Assembly: GCA_964490345.1 (NCBI GenBank)
Contig: CAZBBO010000015.1
Location: forward strand, 1,971-65,970
Length of the DNA stretch: 64,000 nucleotides
DNA from: an uncultured Ferruginibacter sp.
GTDB lineage: Bacteria > Bacteroidota > Bacteroidia > Chitinophagales > Chitinophagaceae
Direction: 5' to 3'
The notes under the pieces were generated by a model. It was not told the DNA's origin and did not search any database. It saw nothing but the letters and a program-made list of their open reading frames with translations. Shown one piece after another: positions 1 through 8,972 of this stretch (the first letter of the stretch is position 1; each line of letters opens with the position of its first letter). The position numbers and the translations under genes are program-made.

Positions 1-645
1 TTTAAAAGCGTTACCCTCAAAACGGTGAGGTTCGTCCATTATCACAATCGGATTCAGGCGTTTCAAACATTCCAAATATGATTTAGGCGGTTCCTGAATA
101 GTTGCATACAATTCAGGTGCATTCATATCTCGTTCTAATGGTCGGTTTAGAATGTTGTCCTTGCTATTAAATGAACTTGGTGTCATTACTAACACGGACA
201 AATGCGAGGTGCCAATAAACTGTTTAACTGCAGAAATATTTCCACCTTCGTAAACAAAGGTTTCAATTTCTTTTTCTCTCTCGTTGGCGTAAAAGCTTTT
301 GAAGTAATCTTTTGTGTCCTCTAAGTTTGTTTTTGTCCCCTCACGAATCGGAACCGTTGGAATAAGAATGATGAATTTTTTGTAGCCGAAATTTTTGCTC
401 AGTTCAAAAATGGTTTTTATAAACGTGAAGGTTTTACCCGTTCCCGTTTCCATCATTATATCTATGTTTTTGGTGTCTTGGACTGGAAAATTATATTTGT
501 TCTTTTTGTGGTGAGCCGTCAGCACCTCACCAAAATTCACTTTTTGGCGTAGGCTTTCAAAAAGGTTGGTAATGTTTGTAACACAGTCCTCCTGATATCC
601 TTGTATTTCATACTGAAACTGTTTTGTTTCTGTTTTGGTCGTCAT
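1..645 (-). CDS. Type III restriction enzyme Res subunit / SF2 DEAD-DEAH helicase, N-terminal 215 codons (gene runs off the left edge)
   Basis: Not in the ORF track because it is edge-truncated. Reverse complement from ATG at 645-643 translates without stops as MTTKTETKQFQYEIQGYQEDC...NIDIMMETGTGKTFTFIKTIFELSKNFGYKKFIILIPTVPIREG...NPIVIMDEPHRFEGNAFK. Helicase motif I (ETGTGKT) and motif II (DEPH) sit in the context typical of type III Res subunits. Confidence 0.75.
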   Translation of the reverse strand, partial: MTTKTETKQFQYEIQGYQEDCVTNITNLFESLRQKVNFGEVLTAHHKKNKYNFPVQDTKNIDIMMETGTGKTFTFIKTIFELSKNFGYKKFIILIPTVPIREGTKTNLEDTKDYFKSFYANEREKEIETFVYEGGNISAVKQFIGTSHLSVLVMTPSSFNSKDNILNRPLERDMNAPELYATIQEPPKSYLECLKRLNPIVIMDEPHRFEGNAFK

Positions 646-857
646 TTGTTACTTCAATTTTCCAGTTGTCAAAGTTAAAATTTAATACCGTTGCCTGCCC
701 GTTTTTCTCCTGAAATCCATTCGTATTGTGTTAGGGTGGTGGGTGGGCTTGGATGCGTAGGCAAGAGCAAGCTCTTTTGCATCTTTTTGGATCGGCAGTA
801 AGTGTTGGCTTACTCGTTACCTGTCTTACCCTGAAACAGATTGACCATTTTTTATTA

Positions 858-1214
858 TTAAAAGCAGTTGTTTACAAACTTACTACAACATAGGTAAGTC
901 TTAAAAAAAACGTAAGGGATTTTATTAAACTTATCAACATTCCTGCTTTGTGCTGCTTTGATTGTTTTTTTATAAAACAAATAGGTATGTAACTGATAAC
1001 TATGAGCAAAGCTCGGAGTTTGCATTTTCAACAAACGATGCCGCCGTTCATTGTTATAAATATCCACGGCTTGCTCCAACATTTTGTTGGTAATTTCAAG
1101 AGACGGAACGGTTCTGAGCAATCCATATTCGTACTTGAGCGTTTGGTTGATTCTTTCAGCCACCACATTCTCATACAAATTGTACTTTTCAGTTGTGCTT
1201 GTTGCTAAAAGTGT
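858..1214 (-). pseudogene. IS3-family transposase (OrfB, DDE/rve core) C-terminal remnant
   Basis: Track ORF 858..1178 starts at a TTG, and the frame stays open upstream to a TAA at 1215-1217. ...STTEKYNLYENVVAERINQTLKYEY...IYNNERRHRLLKMQTP matches the last conserved block of IS3 transposases (N-x-x-x-E-R/S-x-N-x-x-LK-x-E ... YN-x-x-R-x-H). OrfA and the first two catalytic Asp regions are absent. Confidence 0.6.
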
Positions 1215-1533
1215 TTAATTTTTAGTCAACCTATTTTAGGGTTTGACATATAGGGGTTATTAATATTGGAAGATATTTTTTAGGCTGAAAAACGAATCCT
1301 TCATTTAGTAATTGATAACCAAAAAATTTATTGGGTTAACGTAGGTGGTACAGAAAGTGCCTAAAAAGTGGCCATGAAGGATTTTATTTTCTTTCTTTTC
1401 TAATCATTTTATATCTATTTATTAGCTAATAATATGTTTATTAAGGTTACTTTTGAGTGTTAAATTTGGAATTCGTGATTGTCTGAGTAGAATAAACACT
1501 CATGGCTTTAGTTGGGAACTTTAAAAATCATTT

Positions 1534-2310
1534 ATGATAAACTTTCGGAGAGTTAAGATTTTAAGAAGAAAATCATTATTTGGGAAACTATTACGGATTC
1601 CTTTTGATTTAATTCCATCAAAATCAATTATCCCTATACAACGTGGTCCTTTGAAAAATAAAAAGTGGATTAAGGGGTCGCACAACGTTAGCATTCTGCT
1701 TGGAATATACGAGTCTAAGCAAACTCAAGTATTCATTAAGTTCGCTCAAAATACGAATACTTTTTGGGACCTCGGATGTCATGCCGGGTATTATTCCCTT
1801 TTATATAATTCAGCATCACCAACAGGAAAAATTTTCGCTTTCGAACCACTTCAGGAAACTGTGGACATATACAAACGGCACATGAGTCTTAATAAGATCA
1901 ATAATTCTATTGTATTTCCTGTTGCAGTTTCTGACAATAATGGTTTTTTTAAATTTAAGAAAACCAGCTCCTCCGTGGCAGGAAAACTAGATGATTTTGG
2001 TGAAATAACTGTAAAAGTTATTAAACTGTCAGAATTTGTTTCTGAACAAAATATTGCAGATCCCGATATCATAAAAATGGATATAGAGGGTGCAGAAGTA
2101 GCTGTTTTGAATGATTTAAAGTTGTTATTAAAGAGAAAAATGCCTTCGCTTTTCATATCTACCCATGGCACTAAACTTCATCATGATAGTATTGCTATAT
2201 TAGAAGAGATAGGCTATCGCTTAAGTCCTCTTGATTCAAATGATATTCAAACGTGTAAGGAATTTGTTGCGTACGATGCTAATTCCAAAGATAAATCTAA
2301 CCTTCATTAA
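1534..2310 (+). CDS. FkbM-family SAM-dependent methyltransferase
   Basis: 258 aa. WDLGCHAGYYSLL (SAM motif I), IFAFEPLQETVDIYKRH, NNGFFKFKK and IKMDIEGAEVAVLNDL are the hallmark FkbM-domain blocks. Flanked by ~350 and ~310 nt of AT-rich non-coding DNA. Confidence 0.8.
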   Translation: MINFRRVKILRRKSLFGKLLRIPFDLIPSKSIIPIQRGPLKNKKWIKGSHNVSILLGIYESKQTQVFIKFAQNTNTFWDLGCHAGYYSLLYNSASPTGKIFAFEPLQETVDIYKRHMSLNKINNSIVFPVAVSDNNGFFKFKKTSSSVAGKLDDFGEITVKVIKLSEFVSEQNIADPDIIKMDIEGAEVAVLNDLKLLLKRKMPSLFISTHGTKLHHDSIAILEEIGYRLSPLDSNDIQTCKEFVAYDANSKDKSNLH

Positions 2311-2620
2311 AGAGAGACCTCTTACTTGTGAGTAAGGCTTGTACTTAAAATATACGAAGAGCAAATTCAATTGTATAGTAAATTGTCAATTTAACGGTGG
2401 AGCCGGCCTCCATTAATTTCATGATTAAAAGGAATTTTAGTTGTGTCAATAAAAGCTATTTATTAATTTTTTTGGATGCTGTTTAGATCCATATTTCCCA
2501 AGTAACCGTTCTTGTTGTTTTAACTTCAGTTCAAGCAGGCTGAAGTTTAAAGCGTTTGTAAGATAATTTCTTTAGTGGTTTGGTTTCAATAAAAATATCA
2601 GCGTAACTTTCCCTTTTAAA

Positions 2621-4165
2621 ATGTATATATATATGAGAAAGGAAGATTTTATTCAAAGTATTCAAGCGGGATATACGTTTAAAGGAGATTGTGTTCAATT
2701 GGGAGCAGGGATGTTAGATGGAGAAGTAATTCCTGAAGCAAAAATCTTCCTCCCTCTCCGAACAATGAATCGTCATGGCCTTATAGCCGGAGCAACTGGT
2801 ACCGGTAAAACAAAAACACTTCAATTGATTAGTGAATTGCTGAGTAATGAAAGTGTTCCGGTGATGCTAATGGATATCAAAGGTGATTTGAGCGGATTAG
2901 CCGCAGAAGGTGTACTGAATGATAAGATAAAGGAAAGGTATGCAAAGATGAATTTGACTTGGAAACCGGGTGCCTTTCCCGTGGAGATGCTGTCATTATC
3001 GGGGAAAGAAGGTGTGCGTATGCGCGCTACCGTTAGTGAATTTGGCCCTGTGCTTATGTCTAAAATTTTAGGCCTCAATGATACACAAGGCGGGTTGGTT
3101 GCCTTGTTGTTTAAGTTTTGTGATGATAACCAGTATCCCTTGCTTGATTTAAAGGATTTTGTAAAAGTGCTTCAGTATATAGGAAATGAAGGCAAGGCGT
3201 TAGTTGAAAAGGAATATGGTAAAATTTCCACCGCATCTACAGGTACTATATTACGTAAGGTAATTGAATTGCAACAACAAGGGGCCGATTTATTTTTTGG
3301 TGAAAAGAGCTTTGAGGTAAATGATTTGATGCGGATTTCTCCCGATGGAAGAGGTATGATTAGCATTTTGCGTGTGATGGATATTCAAGATAAACCAAAA
3401 CTGTTTTCAACATTTATGTTGCAGTTACTGGCTGAATTATATGCTACTTTGCCAGAAGAGGGTGATTTGGATAAACCTAAACTAGTAATGTTTATTGATG
3501 AGGCACACCTCATTTTTCAAGAGGCTACTTCTGATTTATTAAGGCAAATTGAAACTGTGATTAAATTAATTCGGTCAAAAGGAGTAGGTATTTTCTTCTG
3601 TACACAAAACCCAATGGATGTGCCAGCCTCCGTGTTGGGTCAGTTGGGCTTAAAAGTTCAACATGCACTGAGAGCTTTTACCGCAATGGATAGAAAAGTA
3701 ATTCAGAAAACAGCAGAAAACTACCCAACCACCCCTTTTTATAAAACCGAGGATTTAATTACTCAAATAGGTATCGGCGAGGCGATGATTAGTTTGTTAA
3801 ACGAAAAAGGGATTCCCACTCCTCTTGCACATGTAATGTTGGGAACCCCGGCAAGTAGAATGGATATTTTAACGGATATGGAGCTGAAACTAATCGTTTC
3901 AGAATCCACATTGGCAAAAAAATATAATCAAGATATTGATCCTGAAAGCGCTTATGAGATATTAACGGCAAAGTTGGCAGCAGCCGGAGTTGCTCAAGCT
4001 AATGATGCTAACAAACCAACACCTACAAGAGATGCTAAACCTGCGCCAACACTTCTGGATAATACTATTGTAAAATCAATGATGCGTACTGCAGGTAATA
4101 TAGTGGTTAGGGCCATGCTTGGAGTGTTAGGAATAGGTGGAAAAGCGCCAAGGAGGAGCAGATAG
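2621..4165 (+). CDS. HerA-like P-loop ATPase, DUF853 (YjgR) family
   Basis: 514 aa. Walker A AGATGTGKTKTLQ and Walker B LVMFIDEAHLIF, with Lys/Ala-rich C-terminal tail. Real start may be the ATG at 2633 (MRKEDF). Confidence 0.8.
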   Translation: MYIYMRKEDFIQSIQAGYTFKGDCVQLGAGMLDGEVIPEAKIFLPLRTMNRHGLIAGATGTGKTKTLQLISELLSNESVPVMLMDIKGDLSGLAAEGVLNDKIKERYAKMNLTWKPGAFPVEMLSLSGKEGVRMRATVSEFGPVLMSKILGLNDTQGGLVALLFKFCDDNQYPLLDLKDFVKVLQYIGNEGKALVEKEYGKISTASTGTILRKVIELQQQGADLFFGEKSFEVNDLMRISPDGRGMISILRVMDIQDKPKLFSTFMLQLLAELYATLPEEGDLDKPKLVMFIDEAHLIFQEATSDLLRQIETVIKLIRSKGVGIFFCTQNPMDVPASVLGQLGLKVQHALRAFTAMDRKVIQKTAENYPTTPFYKTEDLITQIGIGEAMISLLNEKGIPTPLAHVMLGTPASRMDILTDMELKLIVSESTLAKKYNQDIDPESAYEILTAKLAAAGVAQANDANKPTPTRDAKPAPTLLDNTIVKSMMRTAGNIVVRAMLGVLGIGGKAPRRSR

Positions 4166-4303
4166 AAAGGAAGTTATTAGATGAAAAGTACAATTTTTAA
4201 TTTTTTTTCACATTATTCTATGTGTAATAAATTGATTATCAGTATGTGACGCGTCCTTATAGTAATTTATAAAGTTACTTGTAGAAAAAAATCTATTAAA
4301 GTT

Positions 4304-4334
4304 TTTGGTGGAATCATTTTCCCTCTTATCTTTG
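4304..4334 (+). promoter_or_regulatory. Bacteroidota sigma-A type promoter (TTTG-N19-TATCTTTG)
   Basis: TTTG at 4304-4307 and TAnnTTTG box TATCTTTG at 4327-4334 with 19-nt spacing. This is an exact match to the Bacteroides-type -33/-7 consensus. It lies in a convergent intergenic gap, ~35 nt upstream of the terminator hairpin. Confidence 0.3.
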
Positions 4335-4368
4335 ACTCGGTTTTTCATAGGATATTGGATTTTAAAGC

Positions 4369-4401
4369 GGGACTAGATTTCTATCTTGGTCCCTTTTTTT
4401 T
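4369..4401 (+). terminator. Rho-independent terminator
   Basis: GGGAC(4369-73)/GTCCC(4389-93) plus inner AGAT/ATCT stem with TTCT loop, followed by T8 (4394-4401). The T-run is present only in the + orientation. Confidence 0.6.
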
Positions 4402-4412
4402 GTCCCTTTGTG

Positions 4413-6314
4413 TTATATTTTATATAAATTTCCCTGAACATCGGTTTTTATTTTCTGCTCTGATTGTAAGTAGATGAGGATGCTTTTCAGGTTTTCTGAA
4501 GAAGTAATTTTTTCAAGTTGCGAATAGGCTGTTGGTTGATTTTTTGACAAGCTTCGTAGAACTTTTTCGGTTAACGTTAAAAAGGCTGAATTACTTAACC
4601 CTTCTTTGTTTTTATTTTTACAATTATCGCATTTGCCACAATCTTCTTCGTTATCTGCACCAAAATAAAATGATATCATTTTGCTTCGGCAGGTAGTTGA
4701 ATCTTGTACATATTCTTTAATAGCTTTAAGTCTGGTAATATAGGTGTCGCGTAAGGCAGTAAGATTATCTATATTAAAATAGAGGTGGTCTTTGAACATC
4801 CGGTTTTGCTGAAGTACAATTTGAGGCATATCACTTTTGGGATTAAAATGAATAATACCTGCCCGATGTAAGTTTCGCAAATTTTCTGTGAGTTCAACTT
4901 CAGAGATACGTAATGTATATGCGAGTGAATTTTCTTTAATTGCCACAGGAGCATCAAATATACCTTCATAGCTCCTCAATAAACTTTTTATTGTTTCAGT
5001 AAGAGAAGGGTGTGTTTTTTCAAATTCTAAAAGGTCATTTCTGTTAGCTGTAAAAGAAACCATTGAAGGTTTATTGAAGTTTTCATTAAAATAAAGAATG
5101 CCGCATTGTGCAAGTGCTTTGATTGCATAAAAAGCTTCTAATAGCAAAAAATGAAAATTTTGAGTAAAGATGTTGATGTCTATATTATGACATTCCCCCT
5201 CTCCATGCCCTACCGGAATTTGGAAATAATCCATTAGTGCGAGGTACACTTTTTCTAATTTTTCATTATTGGGGAATCGGGTGGCAACCTCTCTTTCCAT
5301 TAATTCCCACTCATTGGGTGTGGTAAATAAAATGGCTAATGCAGGTTTACCATCCCGTCCGGCTCTGCCGGCTTCCTGATAATAATTTTCAAGACAGTCT
5401 GGCATATCGGCATGAATTACAATTCTTACATCTGCTTTGTCAATGCCCATGCCAAATGCATTTGTGCAAACCATTATACGGGTTTTACCATGCAACCAAT
5501 CTTCCTGTTTGCGATTGCGCACTGATGTGGAGAGGCCTGCATGATAGTAATCAGCAGAAATGTGGTGGAGGGTTAGCAGGTCAGATATTTGTTTGGTTTG
5601 TTTTCGGCTACGGCAGTAAACAATTCCACATCCTTTTTCATTTTTTAGTATATCTACCAAATGTGATGGTTTTGCTTCCGGATGGTGTACCTCATATATT
5701 AGATTGGGCCTGTAGAATGATTGAAGAAAGATATTCTTCCTTTCAAACCCTAAGCGGGTGCAAATATCTTCTTGTACTTTTAGTGTAGCGCTTGCCGTTA
5801 GTGCTAATACCGGAACTCCGGGTAACCATTCGCGCATTTGCTTTATTTGCAAATAAGCAGGTCTGAAATCATATCCCCATTGCGATATGCAGTGCGCTTC
5901 ATCTACTGCAAGTAAACCGGGGCGTACATGATTAAGAAATTGTTGGAATTGCCGACTGTGAATTCGTTCAGGTGACAAATAAATAAAACTCAATTTATTT
6001 TCTAACGCAACATCTAAAACCTGCTGTATCTCACGATAACTCATACCTGAAAAAATAGCTGCAGCCTTAATTCCTCTTCGCTGTAACGCCTCTACCTGAT
6101 CTTTCATTAATGCAATAAGCGGGCTTATTACAATACATAACTTTTCTTGTAATAGAGCCGGAACTTGAAAACAAATAGATTTTCCCCCTCCGGTTGGTAA
6201 TAAAGCAAGGGTGTCGTTACCGTTTAATATAGAGCGGATGATATCTTCCTGCATAGGTCGAAAAGCAGGATACCCCCAGTATTGGGTTAATATGTTAATC
6301 GGTTGCTTTTGCAT
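4413..6314 (-). CDS. recQ: RecQ-family ATP-dependent DNA helicase (short paralogue, no HRDC)
   Basis: 633 aa. LPTGGGKS (motif I), VDEAHCISQWGYDFRPAY (motif II), QEAGRAGRDG (motif VI) and the zinc motif C-x16-C-x2-C-x2-C (CRSKMISFYFGADNEEDCGKCDNC). Confidence 0.9.
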   Translation of the reverse strand: MQKQPINILTQYWGYPAFRPMQEDIIRSILNGNDTLALLPTGGGKSICFQVPALLQEKLCIVISPLIALMKDQVEALQRRGIKAAAIFSGMSYREIQQVLDVALENKLSFIYLSPERIHSRQFQQFLNHVRPGLLAVDEAHCISQWGYDFRPAYLQIKQMREWLPGVPVLALTASATLKVQEDICTRLGFERKNIFLQSFYRPNLIYEVHHPEAKPSHLVDILKNEKGCGIVYCRSRKQTKQISDLLTLHHISADYYHAGLSTSVRNRKQEDWLHGKTRIMVCTNAFGMGIDKADVRIVIHADMPDCLENYYQEAGRAGRDGKPALAILFTTPNEWELMEREVATRFPNNEKLEKVYLALMDYFQIPVGHGEGECHNIDINIFTQNFHFLLLEAFYAIKALAQCGILYFNENFNKPSMVSFTANRNDLLEFEKTHPSLTETIKSLLRSYEGIFDAPVAIKENSLAYTLRISEVELTENLRNLHRAGIIHFNPKSDMPQIVLQQNRMFKDHLYFNIDNLTALRDTYITRLKAIKEYVQDSTTCRSKMISFYFGADNEEDCGKCDNCKNKNKEGLSNSAFLTLTEKVLRSLSKNQPTAYSQLEKITSSENLKSILIYLQSEQKIKTDVQGNLYKI

Positions 6315-6332
6315 TTTTGGATATCCCTGAAA

Positions 6333-8453
6333 TTATAGAACCTTTTTTATAAACAATCTTGCTGAGTTGAAAATGAGTACCACATCGCTAAATCCCATAG
6401 CCAGCGCAGCAAAAGCTGGAGTTAGCAGTCCAAATGCTGCAATGGGAATTGCAAAAATATTATAGAAGAATGCCCAAAAAAGATTTTGCTTTATGGTTTC
6501 AAAGGTGTGTTTACCCAGCCCCAATGCTGTGGGTAAATGTTGCATTCCGTTACCCACTAAAATTACATCTGCGCTTTGCATAGCTATTTGAGATGCATCG
6601 CTAAGGGAGATTCCAATTGTTGCTTTTGCCAGAGCCGGGGCATCATTAATTCCATCGCCAATCATTGCTGTGGGAGCAGATTTTGTAAGTGCTTCTATTC
6701 TCTCTAATTTGTGGGTTGGAGTTTGATTCCCTTCAATTTGTTCAATGCCTAATAGGCTACCTATTTTTTCTGCCCGGTCCTGGTGGTCGCCGGATAATAA
6801 AAATGTTTTAATACCTTTTAACTTCATCCATTTAATAACCTGTTCTGCTTCGGGTCTAACTTCATCCTGTAGATCGAGCCACCCTACTACTTTTTGGTTT
6901 TTTAATAAATACACATGATGTCCGGGAGCAGCATCTGTTTCTTTAATTAAAGCATCAGAGCCTGCATTGTATGAGTTTCCATCTTTGTCTGTTGCCGCAA
7001 TTCCCAATCCTCTTGTTTCTCCAATTGATTTCCACTGAACAGGCTGCTTTTGCGGCCACTCCCTAACTATAGATTTTCCAATTGGATGATTTGAATATTT
7101 TTCAAGAGAAAACATAATTAGCTTAAATTCTTCTTCAGGTAAGGTGGTGTAGAATTTACTGATTTTAAAATTACCGGTGGTAAGTGTGCCGGTTTTATCA
7201 AACACAACCTGTTTAATATCCTTGAAGGATTCAAGAATAGAGGCGTTGCGGTAAAGGATACCCGTTTTTGCTCCTCTTCCCAAACCTACAGCAATGGCAG
7301 CAGGAGTGGCTAAACCCATAGCACAAGGACAAGCGATTACCAAAACAGCAATTGATCTAATAAAGGAATCGCCAAATGTAACACCTCCAATAAAATAATT
7401 TGCTAATAATGTAATTATAGCAATACCAATTACCGAAGGAACGAAAACTTCGCTGATTCGGTCGGCCATTTTCTGTACCGGAGGCTTTTCTCCTTGCGCA
7501 TCCTGCACCATTTTTAAAATACCAGACAGTACAGTTTTATCACCTACTTCAGTTACCTGTGCTTTAACTAATCCACTTTCTAAAATACTTCCTCCAATTA
7601 GTACATCTTTTTTTGTTTTATAAACCGGAATGCTTTCTCCGGTGATAATGGCTTCATTTACCTGACATTCACCCCATAGAATTTTTGCATCCATAGGTAC
7701 GGTTTCTCCGTTTTTGATAAGCACTAAGTCGCCCGTCCTTAACTGTGTGTTTTCAACAGGCATAATTTGTTCGCGATGTGCATCATCAAAGGCAATCATA
7801 TTGGCCATTACCTTTTGGGATTTGGCCAATGATTTAATGGCACGTTGTGTAGATTGGATAGAGATTTCTTCAATGTAATTACCAAAGAAAACAATAGTGA
7901 TTATTTCTGCAGCAGTTTCAAAGAATAGGAAGTTTTCACCCCAGTTCATGATAGCACCTGCTGTGCTATATGCAAAAGCTGCTAATGCACCTAATGCAAT
8001 AAGTACATTCATATTTGGGGTTCCGTTAAGAATACTTTTCCATCCGCTACGACCAAAGAAATCCATACCCACAATAAATACAGGAAGGCATAATACCATT
8101 TGTACCCAAGGGTTCATCAGCCAGGGGAGATGAATCCACGGATGCAACATGTGCATCATTAATACCAATGTAAATGGTAAACAAAAGAAAAATCGCTTTT
8201 TATTTGTACCTAAAAATCTGCCTTCTCTTTCATGATGATGGCCGGCGTGGTCAGGTGATACAACGGAGTATCCCAAGTTATGAATACCTGCTTTTAACTT
8301 ATCTAAATTTTTATCGGGGTTAGTAAAACTAACTGCGCCGTCAATCGGATTTACCTTTACCGATTCCATCCCTTCGTGCTGCAAATATTTTGAAATAGTT
8401 AGTGCACAATTGGTACAAGTCATCCCGCCTACTTTCCAATCTACTTTCTCCAT
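6333..8453 (-). CDS. copA: Copper-translocating P1B-type ATPase (CPC type, N-terminal HMA domain)
   Basis: 706 aa. HMA motif GMTCTNCA, TGES, transmembrane CPC (ACPCAMGLATP), DKTGTLT and GDGINDAPAL. Confidence 0.85.
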   Translation of the reverse strand: MEKVDWKVGGMTCTNCALTISKYLQHEGMESVKVNPIDGAVSFTNPDKNLDKLKAGIHNLGYSVVSPDHAGHHHEREGRFLGTNKKRFFFCLPFTLVLMMHMLHPWIHLPWLMNPWVQMVLCLPVFIVGMDFFGRSGWKSILNGTPNMNVLIALGALAAFAYSTAGAIMNWGENFLFFETAAEIITIVFFGNYIEEISIQSTQRAIKSLAKSQKVMANMIAFDDAHREQIMPVENTQLRTGDLVLIKNGETVPMDAKILWGECQVNEAIITGESIPVYKTKKDVLIGGSILESGLVKAQVTEVGDKTVLSGILKMVQDAQGEKPPVQKMADRISEVFVPSVIGIAIITLLANYFIGGVTFGDSFIRSIAVLVIACPCAMGLATPAAIAVGLGRGAKTGILYRNASILESFKDIKQVVFDKTGTLTTGNFKISKFYTTLPEEEFKLIMFSLEKYSNHPIGKSIVREWPQKQPVQWKSIGETRGLGIAATDKDGNSYNAGSDALIKETDAAPGHHVYLLKNQKVVGWLDLQDEVRPEAEQVIKWMKLKGIKTFLLSGDHQDRAEKIGSLLGIEQIEGNQTPTHKLERIEALTKSAPTAMIGDGINDAPALAKATIGISLSDASQIAMQSADVILVGNGMQHLPTALGLGKHTFETIKQNLFWAFFYNIFAIPIAAFGLLTPAFAALAMGFSDVVLIFNSARLFIKKVL

Positions 8454-8520
8454 TTTACAAAATTATGCAATAGCTGGTTTAAGTTAGTAGATGAGGTGTT
8501 AAAGCGTATTATATTTGAGT

Positions 8521-8928
8521 ATGGAAATGATTTTTTCATTAGCAGAGCTTAACGGAGCGGCTACCTGGTTTATAAAAGCGATTAAAGGGTATAGCGTAAT
8601 AGCTATACATGGGGAAATGGGTGCAGGGAAAACCACTTTTATATCCTCTGTGTGCAGGCAATTGGGTGTGAAGGAACCCATATCCAGCCCAACCTTTTCA
8701 ATTATCAATGAGTACAGTGGTACTCATAACACTATTTACCATCTTGATCTTTTTCGGTTATCATCTGAAATGGAGGCGCAAGAAGCAGGGGTGGAAGATT
8801 GTTTAACATCAGGAAATCTGTGTTTTGTTGAGTGGCCTGAGAAATTGCCTCATTTTTTTAATAATGCCTTGCATTGTTATTTGGAAGTTGTTTCAAATGA
8901 TAGTAGAAAAATCAGGATAAATGCTTAA
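8521..8928 (+). CDS. tsaE: tRNA t6A37 biosynthesis protein TsaE
   Basis: GEMGAGKTTF P-loop, SPTFSIINEY and HLDLFRL. The track ORF starts at TTG 8515; ATG 8521 is more likely. Confidence 0.85.
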   Translation: MEMIFSLAELNGAATWFIKAIKGYSVIAIHGEMGAGKTTFISSVCRQLGVKEPISSPTFSIINEYSGTHNTIYHLDLFRLSSEMEAQEAGVEDCLTSGNLCFVEWPEKLPHFFNNALHCYLEVVSNDSRKIRINA

Positions 8929-8972
8929 ATTGTATTTCTAATTTTTGCAAAATGATGTTTACTTGTTAGAAT

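Noticed and set aside
1295-1383. Perfect 10-bp inverted repeat AATCCTTCAT ... ATGAAGGATT separated by 69 nt, a possible MITE or structured RNA next to the IS remnant.
   Set aside because: By rough estimate, several 10-bp inverted repeats within 100 nt are expected by chance in 64 kb of AT-rich DNA. There is no target-site duplication, no second copy in the window and no convincing internal structure.
2621-2634. (TA)n microsatellite (tgtatatatatatg) at the start of the DUF853 gene as a contingency locus.
   Set aside because: There are only ~5 repeat units. It overlaps two alternative in-frame ATGs, so slippage by one unit would merely shift which start is used.
4198-4266. 22-codon ORF MKSTIFNFFSHYSMCNKLIISM in the DUF853 3' region.
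   Set aside because: No supporting signal is present. It is AT-rich low-complexity and lies upstream of the predicted promoter/terminator pair rather than between them.
5339-5788. 149-aa ORF antisense to recQ. The same applies to 19254..19739, the 161-aa ORF antisense to the acyl-CoA dehydrogenase gene.
   Set aside because: Each lies entirely inside a strongly supported gene on the opposite strand. The Cys/Leu/Pro-rich junk-like sequence has no homology signal.
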